Shown: piece by piece, positions 58,882 to 64,000 of the stretch
Position numbering within the stretch: position 1 is the first letter of the stretch
How the letters are laid out: each line of letters opens with the position of its first letter
Origin: Antechinus flavipes
Lineage: Eukaryota
Direction: 5' to 3'
Assembly (NCBI RefSeq): GCF_016432865.1
Contig: NC_067399.1
Coordinates: 580,568,001 to 580,632,000 of the forward strand
Length of the DNA: 64,000 nucleotides
Made by a program: the position numbers and the translations under genes
The notes under the pieces: model-generated
What the model saw: the letters and a program-made list of their open reading frames with translations, nothing else
Database searches by the model: none
Told to the model about the DNA's origin: nothing

Positions 58882-61000
58882 TAAGTACACTGGGCACCAC
58901 CAGGCAACGTGGTTTGGAGACAGGCTGTGCAGGGCAAAGGCTGGGGCTGAGAAGGAAGGTGGAAGGAAGCACACTGCAGTTTGGTTGCCACATTGCTTTC
59001 ACACACACCTGGCCCCCCACTCTGGCTGGGGCCTTTGGTCACGGTGGAGTGGGGGTGGGGAGGACACTGGCATCTTTGGAATTTCGAAATGGGATAGGCA
59101 GGAGCCTGCTACACATCAGGGGAGGGCCACATGATTATTCACAATGCCCTAAGTATCAATGAAGGCAAATAGGCACCCAGGGGCTCCTAGATTACAGGCC
59201 ACTGTTTAGGGAGGAATGGCTCAAGCCAGATGCTTCAACAGAAATTGACCCAGAGCAGGATGTAAAACCATCTCATTGGACAAGGAGTGGGGCACTGCCT
59301 TTCCTTCCTCAGCGCCCGGAGCCCTTGCTTGAAGGCCTAGGCTGAGTTCAGCAGTGTCAACCCTAAGAATTAGATCCCTCTTCCAGTGATTTCTTCCAGT
59401 TCGCCTAGGTAGTCAGCAGCAGGTTAGGGGCCCTCTGTCAGACTCCCTCCACTCCAACTTCCAGCTCTGGCTTTCCTTCTTTCTCTGTTAGGCCTGGGGC
59501 CCATGATGAAGCTAAGGACACGATGCAAAACTTAAGGCTGGCCAGGCCATTGGATTCCCAAGGGTGGTCTGCCAGCCAGTCTACACTGCCACCAAGAAAG
59601 CCAGAGACCAGACTCCTTTGCACCTCTGCCTAAGAACCACCCCCAGAGGGGTTTCAGGGATAAGGCACCTTCACTTCCTTCCCTAGCTTACTTTTCGACA
59701 AAACTACAAAACCCCAGTGAAGGCACTGGCACTCAATGCACCAGAAAAGCCCACTTGGAAGTCTGCCTGGTGACAGAGCTATAAGCTTTACAGGAGGAAA
59801 GGATTAGTGTTGGCAGGAATGCCTTTGCTCAAAACCTTCAGTTCCAACTGGTCCCAGTGCCCATGTCTGCTATCTCAATGGGATACTGTTAAGAGTACTT
59901 AGTGAGACCCGGTGGGTCCCCTATCTCTCCAGGGGCTGGGCTACTACGCTAAGCTTAGGTGCTGTAAACATTAGTGTCTGGAGGGAGACTAGCAAAGGGC
60001 AGATAGTAAGCAACTCGGAATCTCCCCTTGCCTCCTCCTCAGTCCTCTTAATGACTAGGAGGTTTATCAAACACTTTAATAATAAATAAAATCATATGGC
60101 AAATAGGATTTTACTTAAACTGCATTGAAGCAAAGATGGAGGAGGCACATAAAATGTGCCTGAAGCTGCAGCTTCCCCCTCATCTATCCTACCTGCCAAG
60201 AGTGCAACTTGATCCAAAAGGCAGGTTAGCCCCACCTAGGCTCCTTAAAACTCTCCCCTCTGTTTTCTCCAAGGTTTTACAGAGCAGAGGAAGAACAGCA
60301 GCAAGGACATTGTGAGGGATGTGCTTAATTGGCCTGCGCCTCAGCACCTTCCTCCAGCCAGTGACCCCTACACTCCACCAGTTCCTTCCTGTGGTCCTGA
60401 CCCTTAGGTAAACCCAAAGATTCCTGTCCTCTCACCTGTTCCCCTAACCCAGGGATTTCTGTAACAGCCCCGAGTGTGCTTCTCCTTATTCCACAAACAA
60501 AAACAGCAAGAAAACCAAACAGTTCCTGCACAGGTCCCTATGATCAAGTGGCCAGCAAGTAACCATGAAGAGCAAAGGGAAGGTGGTAGGCCTGAGCTCC
60601 AGCCACCTGGGAGGTGGTCAGGGAGATGGTAGCAGGGCCTTTCTTTTAGGTGATTTAGTTTGCCCTCTCCTCTCCCTACAGCAGTAAACATAGTCCCAAA
60701 AAGAAAGAAAAAGGACCAATAGACAAAGAAATGGGGCACTCCAGCCAGGTGTTCTCCCCTCTCAGGAGCAAGTTAGTGGTCAACCCCTGGGTCCTAAGCT
60801 CCATTGTGGGGGAAGTCACCATCTTTGTTGGGCACCGGGCTCCCCGGCCCACACTGGCACACGCACATCCACACGCATACATACCCACACCCACATCCAC
60901 ACATACCCACATACAGGCAGCTCCTCACACACTCCAACTCAAGAAAGCGAGTTTTAAAGTGGAGTTAACTTCGGAGAGAGGTGAAAGAGACGTCCAAACA

Positions 61001-62967
<1,967 letters not shown>

Positions 62968-64000
62968 TTATATCAGAGTTAGAGTATTATATAGCAGATG
63001 CCTACTATCTATAAGATCTACCTTCAGAGCAAAGTTTTTGTGAGAAGAAATGGCTCTAAGGTCTTTCCTTTTCCTTTCACCAGTTTTCACTGCTAGTCCA
63101 ACTCCTGACCACTTGGAACATGTGGCTAAGAAGGTGGGTAACTCACAGTTCTTCCACAGCCATAACTACAATAAGCTTTCTCTTTCCATGTGAGGAATGT
63201 GGCCTTGGGGTGCTCCCTCATTCCCAGCTCAGCTTTCTGTAAGAATTCTTCCTTTTCTTTAGAAGAGGAAAATAAAGGAGGTGGTGAAGGTGTCCTTCTG
63301 GGCACTGACCACCAGAGGGCAGCAATTCAGGAAGCTAGCCTCCTGGCACACCTATTGCATTCTGGCTGCGCAGAAGGAGCTTTCCAAGGAGAGCACAGAT
63401 ATAGTCACAGTGGCCTTCCAAGTCTTTTTTCAATACTTCAAGGATGTGTCATAATGCTGGCAGAGGTGCTTCCTCCTCCACAAAAATGGGTCATGACCCC
63501 TCTAGCACTTAGTTGAGGGTCCTCATGAGTTGCTTTGGCCAAAACATTCATTACCCTGTGAATAAGCACCAGAGTGATGAGTCTCTTTGAATTTAGCTAG
63601 CTTGGTCTTCAAACAGCAGACGTAGAGTTCATCACCTGATTTGTGCCAGAAGCCTTTCCTGCTTGTTAGGGCCCGCCAGAGACTGCGTTCTGCTGGCACT
63701 GCCTTTTAGAGCTCAGGCCTGCCTCCACACCTGGCTAAGGCACTAGAAATCAGCAGAACTTTAGTGGAAGCCTTGTTGCCAAAGGGAAATACAAAGAATC
63801 AATGACATTTGCTAGCAGGGGTGAGACTTGAGCCCAGGCCTTCTGACTGGAAATGCAGAGCTCTTTCCACTACTTGATATAGGCCTCCTCTCCTCTGGAG
63901 AACGAATTGCTGGGAGACTCCCTACCTCTCCTTTCTCCAAAGACACTGACTTTCCTTGGAAGCAACTAGGGAACACAGAGATAAGAGTATTGGACTTGGT

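Overview
Eukaryotic (mammalian) genomic DNA. The SINE and L1 repertoire points to a marsupial, most likely a dasyurid such as the Tasmanian devil (inference). Gene order and orientation match human 10q24.32 as I recall it: PSD (-, 5' part), FBXL15 (+, complete, 296 aa), CUEDC2 (-, complete, 290 aa), MIR146B (+), C10orf95 (-, 207 aa), MFSD13A/TMEM180 (+, complete, 512 aa), ACTR1A (-, last 5 coding exons). I located exon boundaries by hand from GT/AG sites and checked them for frame continuity. The 24-47 kb interval is repeat-dense: L1, L2, CR1, MIR/MAR1, a BovB-type RTE, hAT MITEs, two distinct class II ERV/LTR relics and microsatellites. There are three N gaps. Most interesting leads: (1) a predicted two-exon, kB/TATA/Inr-driven host transcript for miR-146b; (2) an 873-bp collapsed betaretrovirus-like provirus with intact TSDs whose integrase runs directly into the PPT; (3) a frame-preserving double intron-retention ORF in MFSD13A; (4) a tandem array of MIR cores in CUEDC2 intron 1; (5) evidence on the true reading frame of C10orf95. 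I see no prokaryote-type systems (CRISPR, rRNA, tRNA), and nothing here can be shown to be a new biological system from sequence alone. Repeat family names and comparisons to human or mouse sequences are from recall, not from database searches.
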